Program-made: the position numbers and the translations under genes
Part shown: piece by piece, positions 38,163 through 50,190 of the stretch
Position numbering within the stretch: position 1 is the stretch's first letter
Layout of the letters: each line of letters starts with the position of its first letter
Notes under the pieces: model-generated
Database searches by the model: none
Seen by the model: the letters and a program-made list of their open reading frames with translations, nothing else
Told to the model about the DNA's origin: nothing
Assembly: GCF_001447785.1 (NCBI RefSeq)
Contig: NW_015164188.1
Location: 588,472-652,471 of the forward strand
DNA length: 64,000 bases
From: Gekko japonicus
Taxonomy: Eukaryota
Direction of reading: 5' to 3'

Positions 38163-38385
38163 AGTTGCCCTGACCTGGATAGCCCAAGCTAGCCTGATCT
38201 TGTCAGATCTCAAAAACTAAGCAGGGTCAGCCCTGGCTAGTATTTGGATGGGAAACGTCCAAGGAATACCAGGGTCACAACATGGAGGCAGGCAATGGCA
38301 AACCACCTCTGAACATCTCTTCCCTTGAAAACCCTACAGGGTTGCCATAAGTCAGCTGTGACTTAACAGCACTTTCCACTTCCAC
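38163..38385 (+). mobile_element. 5S rRNA-derived SINE with RTE-type tail
   Basis: CTGATCTTGTCAGATCTC...CTAAGCAGGGTCAGCCCTGGCTAGTATTTGGATGGGA, then GGCAATGGCAAACCACCTCTG...GGGTTGCCATAAGTCAG. Flanked by ACATGTA. Confidence 0.8.
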
Positions 38386-38600
38386 ACATGTATGTTTTCC
38401 AAGTGGGATGAATAGCATCTCTTAGGACCATTTCTTAAGGCTATTGGTGGCCCTATGAGGGCAGAAAGGTGGAGTAAAAATCTTGTTAATAATAATTATT
38501 ATATTATTAAGTAATGTATCTTCATGCATCATAGACTCAATGTGAATTGGGCCTCAGTGCACATCAGGAATAGAGTTTCCAGCACAGAACTTGCAAGGTT

Positions 38601-39284
38601 TTTGTTGTTGTTCAGTAGCACAGTCGACTCCGACTCTTCGCAACCCCATGGACCAGATCACGCCAGGCCTTCCTGTCTTCCGCCATCCTCTGAAGTTTGC
38701 TCAATTTCATGCTCGTTGCATCTATGACACTGTCTAACCATCTCATCCTTTGCCGTCCCCATCTTCTTTGACCTTCAATCTTTCCCAGCATCAGGGTCTT
38801 CTGCGAAATGCTGGCCTGGATGAATCACAAGTGGGAATTAAGATTCCTGGGGAAAAGATCAACAAGATATGCAGACGATACCACTCTAATGGCAGAAAGT
38901 GAAGAGGACCTTAACAGCCTCTTGCTCAGGATAAAAGAGGAGAGCGCAAAAGTGGGCTTGAAGCTCAACATCAAAAAAACTAAGATCATGGCATCCGGCC
39001 CCATCACTCCTTGGCAAATAGAAGGGGAAGTCGTGGAAGTAGTGACAGACTTCACGTTCCTGGGATCCCAGATCACCGCAGACTGTGACAGCAGCCATGA
39101 AATTAAAAGACGCCTGCTCCTTGGGAGGAAAGCGATGGCGAACCTAAACAGCATGATAAAAAGTAGAGACATCACCCTGCCAACAAAAGTCCGCATGGTC
39201 AAAGCAATGGTATTCCCAGTAGTCATGTATGGCTGCGAGAGTTGGACGATAAGGAAGGCCGAGCGCCGAAGAATAGATGCTTTT
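38601..39284 (-). mobile_element. Bov-B (RTE) LINE insertion with 5' inversion
   Basis: 38601..38802 is the antisense 3' end with a (CAA)n tail. 38803..39284 is a plus-strand RT segment encoding RYADDTTLMAESEE...KTKIM...YGCESWTI. Confidence 0.9.
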
Positions 39285-40747
39285 CATTTGATCAAAACCC
39301 CTCAAAGTGGATCTGAGGAAGATATGAAGATAATGTAATGTAAAGTTGGGCCCTCATGAGCTTTGGACAGCACAGAACAAGCCAGAAGTGCATAGTCAAA
39401 GGCTGCCACAAGGGGCAATTCCACAGTGCTGTAAGAAACACAGCCAAATAAAAGATGTTGCTAAAGACAAGCTGGTGAAGGCTTGTTTGTCAAAGACCTA
39501 GGATAGAACACAGTGTTAGAAGTACCACAGAGCCAAAGCTGAAAAGAACAGAAAACAAAGGAGCAGGGTAGCCTCCAGCAGCAGCCAAATATCCATGGAC
39601 TGTGAGAACAGGAACATATCTGAAAACTTTTCAGTGAAGAAAGTTCACTGAACTGATATAGGCCCCACAGGACAAATGGTCTACAGAACTCAATTCCAGG
39701 TCAGTGCTGGTCAGAAAGGCAAGAATTATTTGCAGGGCCTGAGATGCCAGTGGCAATAAAGAAGCCTACAATCTTGTTTGCCAGATCTGAAGCATACTGT
39801 ACACACCAAAGGAAAAAAAGTCTGAGTATAGTCAAATGGGATAGTAGAAAAATATATCCAGATCTTCAAAAGCATGATGGAAAAGGCAGAATAGACCATT
39901 CAAGACATCTACCTAAGACAGTTGAGCTACAGAAGCATAACAATAGTGGGAGAAGCATTTGTTAATGAGCAGGTGTGTTTGTGAAAGACCTGGGTTACAA
40001 TGGCTGTGGCAACCCACCGGGAGGATTGGGGAGAAGAGGAACAGGCTCACCAGTGTCTTCCCAGTGCACAAAGTTACTGCCAACTTACAATGCCATTGCT
40101 GACCAAAAAACCGCCCAAAGTGATGCCATGATGTCGGGGGCAGTGCTCTAGGATGCATCAAATCCTGTGTTAAACTATAGCATTTGGAGCAAAGCTTAGA
40201 TGTCATGATATCAGAGGATGTGACGTTGTACACTGGTGCACCTGTTCCCATCCCCCCCTACTCCCCGTATTTTTCCCCACTGATTTTTGTAGCAGGGGGG
40301 AACACGGTAGATTGCTGGGAGGCCTCCCACTATAGGAGGAGACCTGGGTCCCTACATGAGGTGCAAGAGAAACCTTTGGGTTAAGGAAGAAAGGGGTGTA
40401 CTCATGAATGCCATTGTGGCCTCACAGATCTGGTTACTGGATTCACTGGCTTTTAAGAAATCACCTATGCACCTCAATAGAAAATAACTGGCAGATTTGC
40501 TAGGCAGAAGAGAAAACCAAGTTCCCTTTTATCCGCAGAAAAAAGATAGATGTTAAGGAAAAAAATAACAAGAGGTTAAAGACCCAGGCTCTGAGTTATC
40601 CACTGTACACAATTCAAAAATACGTTTTTGGCAGGACACTAAAGCAAGGGTCCTGAAGGTCTGCAAACTGGCACTTACTAAAAATAATATCAGCAAAGAG
40701 ATCCTTTTGAAAGTGTTGATTATGAAAAACCTGGAGAACACTTAAAG

Positions 40748-41577
40748 GGGAGCGGTGGCACAGTGGGTATATCCCACTGTCTTAACATCCAAAGTGTGTC
40801 AGTTCGAGCCCCGCGCTGGTGTGAGCAGCCAGCCTGTTGTCCCCAGCTCATTGTCCACCCAGCGATTCGAAAGCCTCGGTGAGTAGATAACATGGGAACC
40901 ACTCCTTAGAGAGGGTGGACACCAACTCCCCTCTGGGAAGGTGTTAGCTGTCGGTTGGGGACGTCCTGGTCCAGGATCCGGAAGGCGGAAGAATCTACTC
41001 GGCTGCGAAAAAATCCCTGCAGTGGGATGCTCTGGCCAGGTGGTGGCAGTGTGGCGATACGACATACGGGTCCTGAACAATGTTCCCTCTAAGCTGTGGC
41101 GTCTTGTGAGCAAAAACTCTACTTTGTGAGCTACCGGCATTAAAGCTGTGAGCGAGCAATTTGGCTGCTGCATAAATTAATTTGCTCTGGAGCCATCCTT
41201 CCTGAGCTGAGACAAAAATGTGTGAGCCGGAGGCTAAAAAACTGCGAGCTAGCTCACAATAACTCAGCTTAGAGGGAACACTGGTCCTGAAGCCCCAACA
41301 TCATCAAGCCGGTCGACGTAGCCGTTCGGGACAAGATTGAGCGAAGCCAGAAATGTTTCCACCGTGCAGTTACGGCGTGTGCAATTAAAATGAATTATAT
41401 GTTGTCTTCCCTATCCCCTATGAAACACATTGTTAGTCCCCTGTCTAAAGAGTAATTGTAAATCACTTTGAGCCCACTTGTGGGGAAAGCGATTAATAAA
41501 TCGAAAGCATTATTGTTATTATTGTTATTATTGTTATTATTGTTATTATTACTATTATTATTATTATTATTATTAAT
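40748..41577 (+). mobile_element. Sauria-like tRNA-headed SINE with L2-type 3' tail and (TTA/TTG)n end; contains a MITE
   Basis: Head GCGGTGGCACAGTGG...GTTCGAGCCC...TTCGAAAGC...GAGTAGATAA...ACCACT aligns with the Sauria SINE at 20179..20493. Tail TGTAAATCACTTTGAG...GGGGAAAGCGATTAATAAAT. Confidence 0.6.
41078..41283 (-). mobile_element. hAT-type MITE family A, copy 3
   Basis: CAATGTTCCCTCTAAGCTG...CAGCTTAGAGGGAACACTG; TSD GTCCTGAA. Confidence 0.92.
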
Positions 41578-42174
41578 GACCACCTTGATTGTTCATTTAA
41601 AATTTTTTAGCCCATACTTCTGCCAGATGACAATCAGGATGGCTTATAAAATTCAAAACATTATTATTTAAAAGCACAGAAATAATAAAAGCAGTATTTA
41701 AAAAAGCAAATAAAAACTGAAGTGATAGCACCATTGCCAAGATAGTCAAGCAGCAATAAAATGTTAACCAGAAAATCAGTGAAAGACAAGCCAGTCAGAA
41801 CATCGAAGCTGCAACAAAGAAGCAGAGACAAAACCAACAATCAACAGTAAAAATGTCCACGTAGCATAATTATCTTTCACCAATAAACCCTCACAAGAAG
41901 TACAGTCAGCAGTCTTTGGAAGGCCCAAAGAGAAGCATCTAGATGGGCTTTATTGGACTAGTTATTCCAAACTCTGGGATCCACCACAGAAAAAGCCCTT
42001 TCCCGCTTGCTCACTAAGTGCTGGCTCATGGAGTAGATAATCTCTTACTGCAGGCAGGGTTATAAGAGCAAAGCTGGTCCCTCAGTTGTCCTAGTCCAAA
42101 TCCTTTTTATGGTTTTACATAGGTATATTATCAAGTGTACAGTGTAATGTGTAAAAAAAATGTGTAAAAACATA

Positions 42175-42640
42175 GGTTGTGTTCAGACTGGCAGTTTGGC
42201 CTGATATAGGCACATTTTACAAACGGAGTAAACAGGCAGGATCACACAGCCACATCTGTCAGGCGTTCCCCGGGCATACTCACCCCATCAGGGGTTGACT
42301 TGGAGCCGGGTTAAAAAGCCACCACCTCCGAAGTGGTGTTTTTGTTTCCCCGCGCATTCATTGCACATGGCCAGATGTCTGAACACGGGGGAGCGTGCAC
42401 AGAATGGATTTGGCAGTGTGAACCTGCAGATCCGTTCTGCCGCTATGTATGCGGTTTTTTAAAAGACTTACCTATGTGCGCATGCGTGTGCATCCGCACT
42501 ATGTACACACATGGTGTTTGGATATTTTTTTTTTGCAGTTTGCTCCGTGGCTGAGGCACCACAATAATATGGAGGCTTTACCATGGGATGTCTCCGTGGG
42601 TAACCCACAGCAGGGTGTGCTATGTGGCTGATATATCCCA
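42175..42640 (+). mobile_element. Partial Harbinger-type MITE, same family as 1121 and 43789
   Basis: Left end GGTTGTGTTCAGACTGGCAGTTTGGCCTGATATAGGCAC; right TIR not evident. Confidence 0.65.
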
Positions 42641-42674
42641 CTACACTTTAACCTGGTTCAATTAGAGGCAGGAC

Positions 42675-42987
42675 CAGGGCTCTAGTCGGGGGGGAGCTCT
42701 CAGGTACGGAGCTCCGGAAGAGAACCTCTAGGGGGCGGGGCGGTCACGTGGTGAAGCCCCGCCCCCTTCTTTACCCCGCCCTCTGCTTCGATCCTCATTC
42801 CGTTTGGGAATGAGGATGAAGCAGGAGGGTAAGTAGCCGGGCCTTCTGACACACTTCCGGTGATGTCAGGGGGTGTGGCCTTCTGTCACTTCCGGTGATG
42901 TCAGGGGGCGTGGCATATGCAAATAAGTTATGCTAATGAGTTATGCTAATGAGCTCCGGCAGCTCTTTTTCTACAACAAGACCCCTG
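42675..42987. mobile_element. hAT-type MITE family C (CAGGG TIR), rich in TF motifs
   Basis: CAGGG...CCCTG termini; 8-bp TSD GGCAGGAC. Confidence 0.85.
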
Positions 42988-43142
42988 GGCAGGACCATAT
43001 CGTGCCAAGCCGCCAGTGGGATCACAACCATAGAGTAGCTGTGATGGACAGATTAGGTTCAGTCTCCCTAAAAGCAATCAATGGGAGCTGACAGACTGTT
43101 GGTGAGAGGGACAGTTGAAAACAGCAGGGGAGATGAGAGTAA

Positions 43143-43282
43143 GGCTGAGGTCACACACACTAAATATCCTCTTTCAATCCATTTTCAAACTGGATTTTTA
43201 CTGTGTGAACTGGCAAAATCCAGTTGGAAAATGCATTAAAAGTGGATTGAAAGTGGATTATTTAGCATGTGTGACCACAGCC
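43143..43282. mobile_element. 140-bp palindromic Harbinger-type MITE (another copy starts at ~63946 and runs off the window)
   Basis: GGCTGAGGTCACACACACTAAATA...TATTTAGCATGTGTGACCACAGCC; flanks TAA/TGA. Confidence 0.8.
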
Positions 43283-43788
43283 TGAGTCTGGCTGAGTGAA
43301 GCTGTGGAAGAAACACAGTTTAACACTGACTGAAAAGGTCAACTTGCAATGAAGAATCCCAATTGCCTAAACAGGGAAATAGTTCAAAGTTCAACTGAAA
43401 AGCAACATTGTAACATCTAGCTGATTTTCCTCAATGTTATGTTCAAGCCATAAATAAAAGCTAATTTATTGTTTATTTAACACTGTGGGCTGGATATTTA
43501 AGTTCTGAGGAAAGAAACACGAACACAAAAGTTAAGATCTCGGGATAGATTATGATGATGACAGACAGACAGACAGACGTGAATAACTAGTGGCAGCATG
43601 TGGATGAAGCAATATTTGAGACTCCAACCCCAATAGCTCTGTGAAATGTCTGACTGAGGGGTGATTATTAAAGGGGACTGGACTACCCTGTCTGGAGATG
43701 TCTCTGTGAGTGAGAGCGAAGGCCTGGTATACGAAAAGGTCGTGGTTCTCTATATAATTTAAAAGATGCAAGACGGGTGGTGAACTAT

Positions 43789-44433
43789 GGCCGAGTTCAA
43801 ACTGGCAGTTTGGCCCGATATAGGCACGTTTCACAAACGGATTAAAGGGGCCAGTTCACACAGGCACAGCTGTCAGGCGTTCCCCAGCCATACTCAACCC
43901 GTCCTATGATGCTTCCTTCCCGAGTTTAAAAAGTACCAGGTGAAAGTGGTAGCAAACCCTGGAGAGTGCGTTGATCCTGCTTCCTGGATGTGTGCACGCT
44001 AAACGCTAAAAGCCAGGAACAACCCGCATTGATAATGTGAACCGGCTGATCCCGTAGGGATGTGCATAAGGTGCAGTTGATTGCCTTGGAGAGGCAGCAG
44101 TGATATGACCGGATGTGCGCTGCTCTACCGCCCGATGCAGGGCGGGTGTGGGTGCAACATGATCCTGCCCCAATTCCTGATGCGCCTATGCACCCATGTG
44201 CCCATGCACTTATGTGCCTATGCGCATAGGCGCATGTCGCCGGAGTGAAAAACAGCCGCTTACAGCCACGCCTCCGCCAGGGGTGGGCCCAGTGAAAATG
44301 CTCCCTTGCACCTCCTCCCTGGTATGCTCCCGCATCAGTCGGTGCAGTGTGACCGGGAATACCCGGAACAAGTTGTCCCGGGTCTTTTTGCCACGACCCC
44401 CTCGTACTTCATACTGCCAGTCTGAACTCAGCC
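43789..44433. mobile_element. Intact PIF/Harbinger-type MITE (645 bp)
   Basis: TIR GGCCGAGTTCAAACTGGCAGT...ACTGCCAGTCTGAACTCAGCC; TSD TAT; internal palindrome GCCTATGCGCATAGGC at 44216..44231. Confidence 0.85.
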
Positions 44434-44544
44434 TATGACTGCCCGACCTATCAGTAATCCTGACCCTGTGAGACAGAGGTTGTGAAGGATGGTAGGGACT
44501 CTGTGTGTGTGAAAAGGTGTCACAGTAGCATACAGGTTCCTACA

Positions 44545-44712
44545 TCTACAGAAGCAGCAAACCCCTGAATTCCAGTGCAGGTAGACAGCAGCAGGAGAGG
44601 GCTTCTATGCTTTGTTTGGCCCTCCAGGTCAACCACTTGGCCACTGTGTGAACCAGTATGCTGGCCTAGATGGACCAGTGGCCTGATCCAGCAGGCTCTT
44701 GCTATGTTCTTA
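44545..44712 (+). mobile_element. CR1 3' tail (another on minus at ~57808..57950)
   Basis: GCTGGCCTAGATGGACCAGTGGCCTGATCCAGCAGGCTCTTGCTATGTTCTTA. Confidence 0.75.
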
Positions 44713-46257
44713 ACTTATTTTTCTACACCCATATAGGGAAAATATCACATATGAAAATGCATCTTAAATTATCAAGTCAGCATTTCATATATCTGTGCTT
44801 TCAAGAATGATTGCTTCAGACCATTATACCCTTTACATTTACATTAGATTATTTCTGTAGATTCTTGTTTTCCAGTACTTTGACACTCTTAGTGAAGTCA
44901 TTTCATAGTTGTTCAAGTGTGGTGCTTTTTTAATCAGTCTAATTTTATGGGAGAAAGGAAAGTTCCTCATTAAGGACTAATCAGATTTGATTCCCCATCC
45001 TCCCTCTTTAGGGAAGCCAAGCAGAGTTATCTTAATATGCCACCTTTACTTTTAATATGTTCATAAAAATTTAATCAGATAGGAGAGACTCCAGAGTCAC
45101 AACCATGATTAAAGTATTTACACTGACTATATCCCAAACAGTGATCCTACTAATTTAATAAAGTCTATTTAGTTATAGCCAATCCCAAATTCAATCCAGC
45201 ATTTAATAGTGATGCGCTTATTGCCTTCTAAACTACCCAGGATTCAGAAGTCAATCTGAGTCAAGGCTTAGCAACAAGAAGATAAATGCAATAGAAAGGC
45301 TTCGCTCCAGAAAATAACAAACACTGTGGCACAATATGGCATTCACACAGGTATCTCCTACAAAGGAGAATCCTCACAGAACACCAGTAGTGAACAAAGC
45401 GGCGCACATGCAGTGCAGAGGTGGAAGCGTCTTTGAAGTTCTCACTCAGGCCACACCATCTGCTGAAGACCGAAGTGACTTATTAACTCGGTTACTTGGT
45501 TTTTGTGCTATCAGACCTTTGGCCCAGGGAGAATCCTCTAACGTTTCCCCCCTAGGCATACACATGGCTACAGTGGCTGCTCCCAATATGCAGAGAAAGG
45601 TATAAAATAGAATTCTGTACCACTCCTGAATCTTAATTCCCTGTGTCCCACATGCCTTCGTGATAATTTTCCTCACTCCTCCCTTTTGGCTAAGGTTGCC
45701 ATCCTCCAGGTGGGAGCCGGAAAGCCCCCAAATTACAGCTGATCTCAAAACTACACAGTTTGTGTATTATTTATTTATTTGAAACATTTATTCTACTTCA
45801 CCTGGAGAAAATGCTACTTTGGAAGGTGGACTGTATGGCATACCTTACTAAGGCCCCTCTCCTCCCTAAAGCCCACCCTCCCAGGCTCCACCCTCAAATC
45901 TCCAGGTATTTCTAAATCCAGAATTAGCAACCCTTCTTTGGCCATCCATGCACTTTTATACTCCAGTCCAGCCTTAATCAGTGTCTCGATTGAAACCTAG
46001 GATATTTGATACAGTAATAAGGGAACCTACCTCTGAGCATGTGCAAACAGCCTTTTCTTCCCCATGAAGTAACTGCTTCTAGAATGTCCCCACACATTTT
46101 AAAAGAAAAGGGAGGGTTTCAGGCAGATGGCATATCTACGTTCTGAACAACAGGGATACAACTACATACCCATTGGTGGCTGCATAAAAGTCCCCAACCT
46201 TTTCGAGCCTGTGGGCATCTTCGGACTTCTGACACAATCACAAAATGGCTGCCATAC

Positions 46258-46622
46258 TGTCAGCTATGCTGCCATGGTTGGTGGGGGAAGGGAGTTGGAA
46301 GAGTGATCATCTTATTGTCCTGGAATGTTAACTTGCATTTTCTCACTGCGCCTTATCTGGCAGCCTGACCTTGATGCTTCGTGCTTTCGCCTCCCTGGGA
46401 ACTTGTAGTCATTACTTTGAGTGCACAAGGCTTGCACCTCTGATTGGCTTGCTCCCATCAGAGGGTCTCGCTTCAAACGCAGTATATCTTCCCCCTTCCC
46501 GCCCGTGGGGTTAGCCTTTACACAGAAACTGTATGCAAAGACAACCTGCTTCTACTGAACTCAATAAACTTGGTCCTTCTGGAAGGAACGTTGTTGAGCC
46601 TGTTTGTTGTGAGGCTCTGACA
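46258..46622 (+). mobile_element. Solo LTR (365 bp)
   Basis: TGTCAG...CTGACA termini, 5-bp TSD CATAC, ATTGG (~46444), TATA-like GTATAT (~46482) and AATAAA (46563). Confidence 0.88.
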
Positions 46623-46721
46623 CATACTAGGTAGAGCCAACCACTAAATGTCAGAGTGAGGTTATGCAGAACTCTAATAATAATTCCTTAACATTTCAGC
46701 CAGAAGCTTTGTTGAACAGAG

Positions 46722-46975
46722 TTGGATTTATACCCTGCCCTTCACTTAGAGTATCAAAGTGCCTTACCATCTCCTTCCCTTCCTCTCCCCACAACAGACA
46801 CCTTGTGAGGGAGGTGGGGCTGAGAGAGCGCTGAAAGAACTGCTCTTGAGAGAACAGCTTCAAGAGAGCTGTGAGTGACCCAAGGTCACCCAGCTGGCTG
46901 CATGTGAAGGAGTGGGGAATCAAACCCGGTTCTCCAGATTAGAGTCCGCTGCTCTTAACCGCTACACCAAACTGC
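46722..46975 (-). mobile_element. Squam3-like SINE
   Basis: Collinear with 15647..15927. Confidence 0.85.
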
Positions 46976-47029
46976 CTTTCCAGATTTAGGTTTCTCCAGA
47001 TTTAACTGTCTTCTGGCAGTAGGTTTACC

Positions 47030-47427
47030 CAGGGCTTTTTTTTGTAGAAAAAGTCCAGCAGGAACGCATTAGCATAATAGGCCACACCCAGCAGCATAAA
47101 CTCATTAGCATATTAGGCCACACCCCTGACTGCACCACTCATTAGCATATTAGGCCGCATTCCCATGTTACCAGAAGTGTGGTCATCCAGCCACACCCAC
47201 CTTTTGCTTCTTATTCTGTTTACCTTGTTTGTTGTCAAAACCCAGGGCCTTTTTTTGTTGCAGGAACTCCTTTGCATGTTAGGCCACACACCCCTAATGT
47301 AGCCAATTCTAATGAGTTCCTGCTGTTGGGTGTGGCCTATTATGCTAATGAGTTCCTGCTGGGTGTGGCCAACTTGGGAGCCAGCCGGAACTCCGTTCCT
47401 GTGCGTTCCTGCCCAAAAATAGCCCTG
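47030..47427. mobile_element. hAT-type MITE family C, composite, nested in the TIR of a family B MITE
   Basis: CAGGGCT...AGCCCTG; TSD GGTTTACC; a second internal CAGGGCCTTTTTTTG end at ~47243; repeated CTCATTAGCATA and CCACACCC. Confidence 0.8.
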
Positions 47428-49170
47428 GGTTTACCAATGTTCAGATGGGGCCTGGAGATCTCCCAGAACTAGAACTAATCTACAGACTACAGAGATCAGT
47501 TCCCCTGGATAAAATAGGTGCTTTGGAGGGTTGGCTCTATAGCATTATACTCTGCTGGGGTCCCTCCCCAAGCCTTCCCTCCCCAGCCTCCATCCCCAAA
47601 GCTCCCAGAGTTAGCAACCCTATCAGGCAACCAGACAGAAGCCAGAAAGATGCCTCACTGCTGTGCTGTCTCCTTGAGTGAAGTGGGACAGGAAAAGGAA
47701 TAAAGGTTTGCCCCTAGTGCTCTTCATGTAAGCTTCCTGAGCAAGCTGGCAACCCCCACCCAAACTGGAATGGTGGCAGCAGTAGAGGTGACAAAATGGA
47801 AGTCGGTAAAAGCCCTGGGAGGCTGATCCTGCTCTGCCTGTGATGTTTCCTATTGGCTCTTTCCACTTACTCCTCCAGTCACATCTGAGGAAGGAGAGGG
47901 CAATGGCATAAGCTGGGACGTGCTCTTCTCTAGAACAGCTGTAACACCTGTGCGCGCGCGCACATAGTCTAACCCCCCCCCCCAAAAAAGAGGCAGCATG
48001 GAGATATTACTACAGACCTTGCAGTGCTGGGCCTGGCACAATTGTCTCTTTTGTCCATTGGACAAAGCATCCCCCCACACACACACATATCTACCTGTTT
48101 GTTCGTATTGTTCATATTGCTTCACCTTGAACAGCTCAACTGATGTAGGAGGTAGAGGAACCTGGCGGGAATGATGTTCGTGATCTGAAACCTGCAGTGG
48201 GCTGTATTTAGCCATGACTCCTTGGCATAGATTTAATACATGTTTTGTGGAGCTCCTTTTCAAAAGCTACAGTGCTTGCTGTGCAGGCACCTTTGTCATT
48301 GAATATGGATTCTGCAGACAGTAAAGACTAGGCTTCTCTGAATAATCTCAAGAACAGGCCCAGCAGAGCAATTGCAAGTCTATACTGCAAATATTTGTAA
48401 ATATGTGTTTATGTACACATAAGCAAGCATGCACACTGTGGAGGAGTGATATCTTGTTCAAAAGACTTGAAAACATTGCCATAAATTAAAAAATAAATGG
48501 TGCTGTTAAATGTTTTGATTTCCTTGTCTACGGAAAAGTGTTCATGAGCCATTTCCAAACATGCTGACCTATAAAGTCACACCTGGACTTTCCAGATGCT
48601 GAGTTTTGATTTTCAATCTTTATTCACTGATTAAAAAATGGAGACCCATTATTCCATAAAACTAGTAGGGTTGCCAGTCACCAGGCAGGGCTTGGAAAGC
48701 TCCTAGAATTACGACTGTTCTCTAGATGACAGAGATCGGTTCCCCTGGGAAAAAATGGCCAATTTGGAGGCTGGACTCTATGATATTATACCCCACTGAG
48801 GTCTTTCCCCTCCCCAAAGCCCACCCTCCCCAGGATCTACCTCCCAAATTCCAAGAATTTCCCACCCCACAACTGGCAACCCTAGAATAAAGAGTTGCCA
48901 ACCCACTAGGGGGGGAAAGTAGCCACAGCCTTTTCCGTGGGTTATTTTTCATTATGGATAATTGCCAGAGAAGCAAGGCAGGCTCCCTCCCCATGAACTC
49001 TAGGTGAATCGAGAGATATTACACTTGCCTCTTCCCAACCTAATCCAGAAACTACTGAGCTCTATGCAATCCAGACTACTAAAAACCACTGGGTTCTTCT
49101 GCCACTGGCTTCATTCCTCAACCTGCTGTTTTGTTCAAGTCCCCGGATGTTTCACTCTCAGGTCTTGCCT

Positions 49171-49426
49171 TAGGGTTGCCAGCCCCCCAGTCTGGGTGGG
49201 GTTTCCCCCACTTTTGCAGGCTCCTTCTCGCTGCTGGCCAGCTGGCCAGTGGGGGAAAACCTCACCCGCAAATGCCCCGGACTTGACATGATGACATCAC
49301 CACCCAGAAGTGACGTCATCATGCCGCCGACATCACACAGCGACGCTCTAGTTTTGGGGCAAAACTCTATGGTAAATTTGGGCTTCCCCCCCCCCACTGG
49401 GAAAAAGGAAGGCCCTGGCAACCCTA
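49171..49426. mobile_element. hAT-type MITE family B
   Basis: TAGGGTTGCCAG...CTGGCAACCCTA; perfect TSD TCTTGCCT. Confidence 0.9.
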
Positions 49427-49576
49427 TCTTGCCTAGATAACAAAACTGATCATTTATTTCAATAAGTAACAATCCCTGGTTAGTCCAACAACCAAAGAGT
49501 AATATGCTGACACGGCAAGTAAGAAGAGGATTAAGAAAGACTGGGTGAAGATGTTGCAACACATTTCAAGCTCATT

Positions 49577-50190
49577 GAAGTAGTGACAGACTTCACGTTC
49601 TTGGGATCCCAGATCACCGCAGACTGTGACAGCAGCCATGAAATTAAAAGACGCCTTCTCCTTGGGAGGAAAGCGATGGCGAACCTAAACAGCATGATAA
49701 AAAGTAGAGACATCACCCTGCCAACAAAAGTCCGCATGGTCAAAGCAATGGTATTCCCAGTAGTCATGTATGGCTGCGAGAGTTGGACTATAAGGAAGGC
49801 CAAGCGCCGAAGAATAGATTCTTTTGAACTATGGTGCTGGAGAAGACTCTTGAGAGTCCCTTGGACTGCAAGAAGATCAAATCAGTCAATCCTAAAAGAA
49901 ATCAACCCTGACTGCTCCCTGGAAGGCCAGATAATGAAACTGAAGCTCAAATACTTGGGCCACCAAATGAGAAGGGAGCACTCACTGGAGAAGACCCTGA
50001 TGCTGGGAAAGATTGAAGGTCAAAGAAGACGGGGACGGCAAAGGATGAGATGGTTAGACAGTGTCATAGATGCAACGAACATGAAATTGAGCACACTTCA
50101 GAGGACGGCGGAAGACCGGAAGGCCTGGCGGGAGCTGATCCATGGGGGCGCGAAGAGTCGGACTCGACTGTGTGACTGAACAACAACAAC
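49577..50190 (+). mobile_element. Bov-B (RTE) LINE 3' fragment with open RT C-terminal frame
   Basis: 198-aa ORF containing HEIKRRLLLGRKAM...FELWCWRRLLRVPWTARRSNQSILKEI...RRRGRQRMRWLD; (CAA)n tail. Confidence 0.95.

Noticed and set aside
38190-38275. 5S rRNA genes (also at 20600, 55930, 62620) and tRNA genes at SINE heads
   Set aside because: Partial, diverged and fused to SINE bodies; not functional RNA genes.
41395-41671. Poly-Asn and poly-Leu ORFs
   Set aside because: Translations of the (TTA/TTG)n microsatellite tail.
43040-43600. Possible third LTR (TGTGATGG start, AATAAA near 43453, TGGCAGC PBS-like motif)
   Set aside because: I could not identify a matching CA terminus or TSD.
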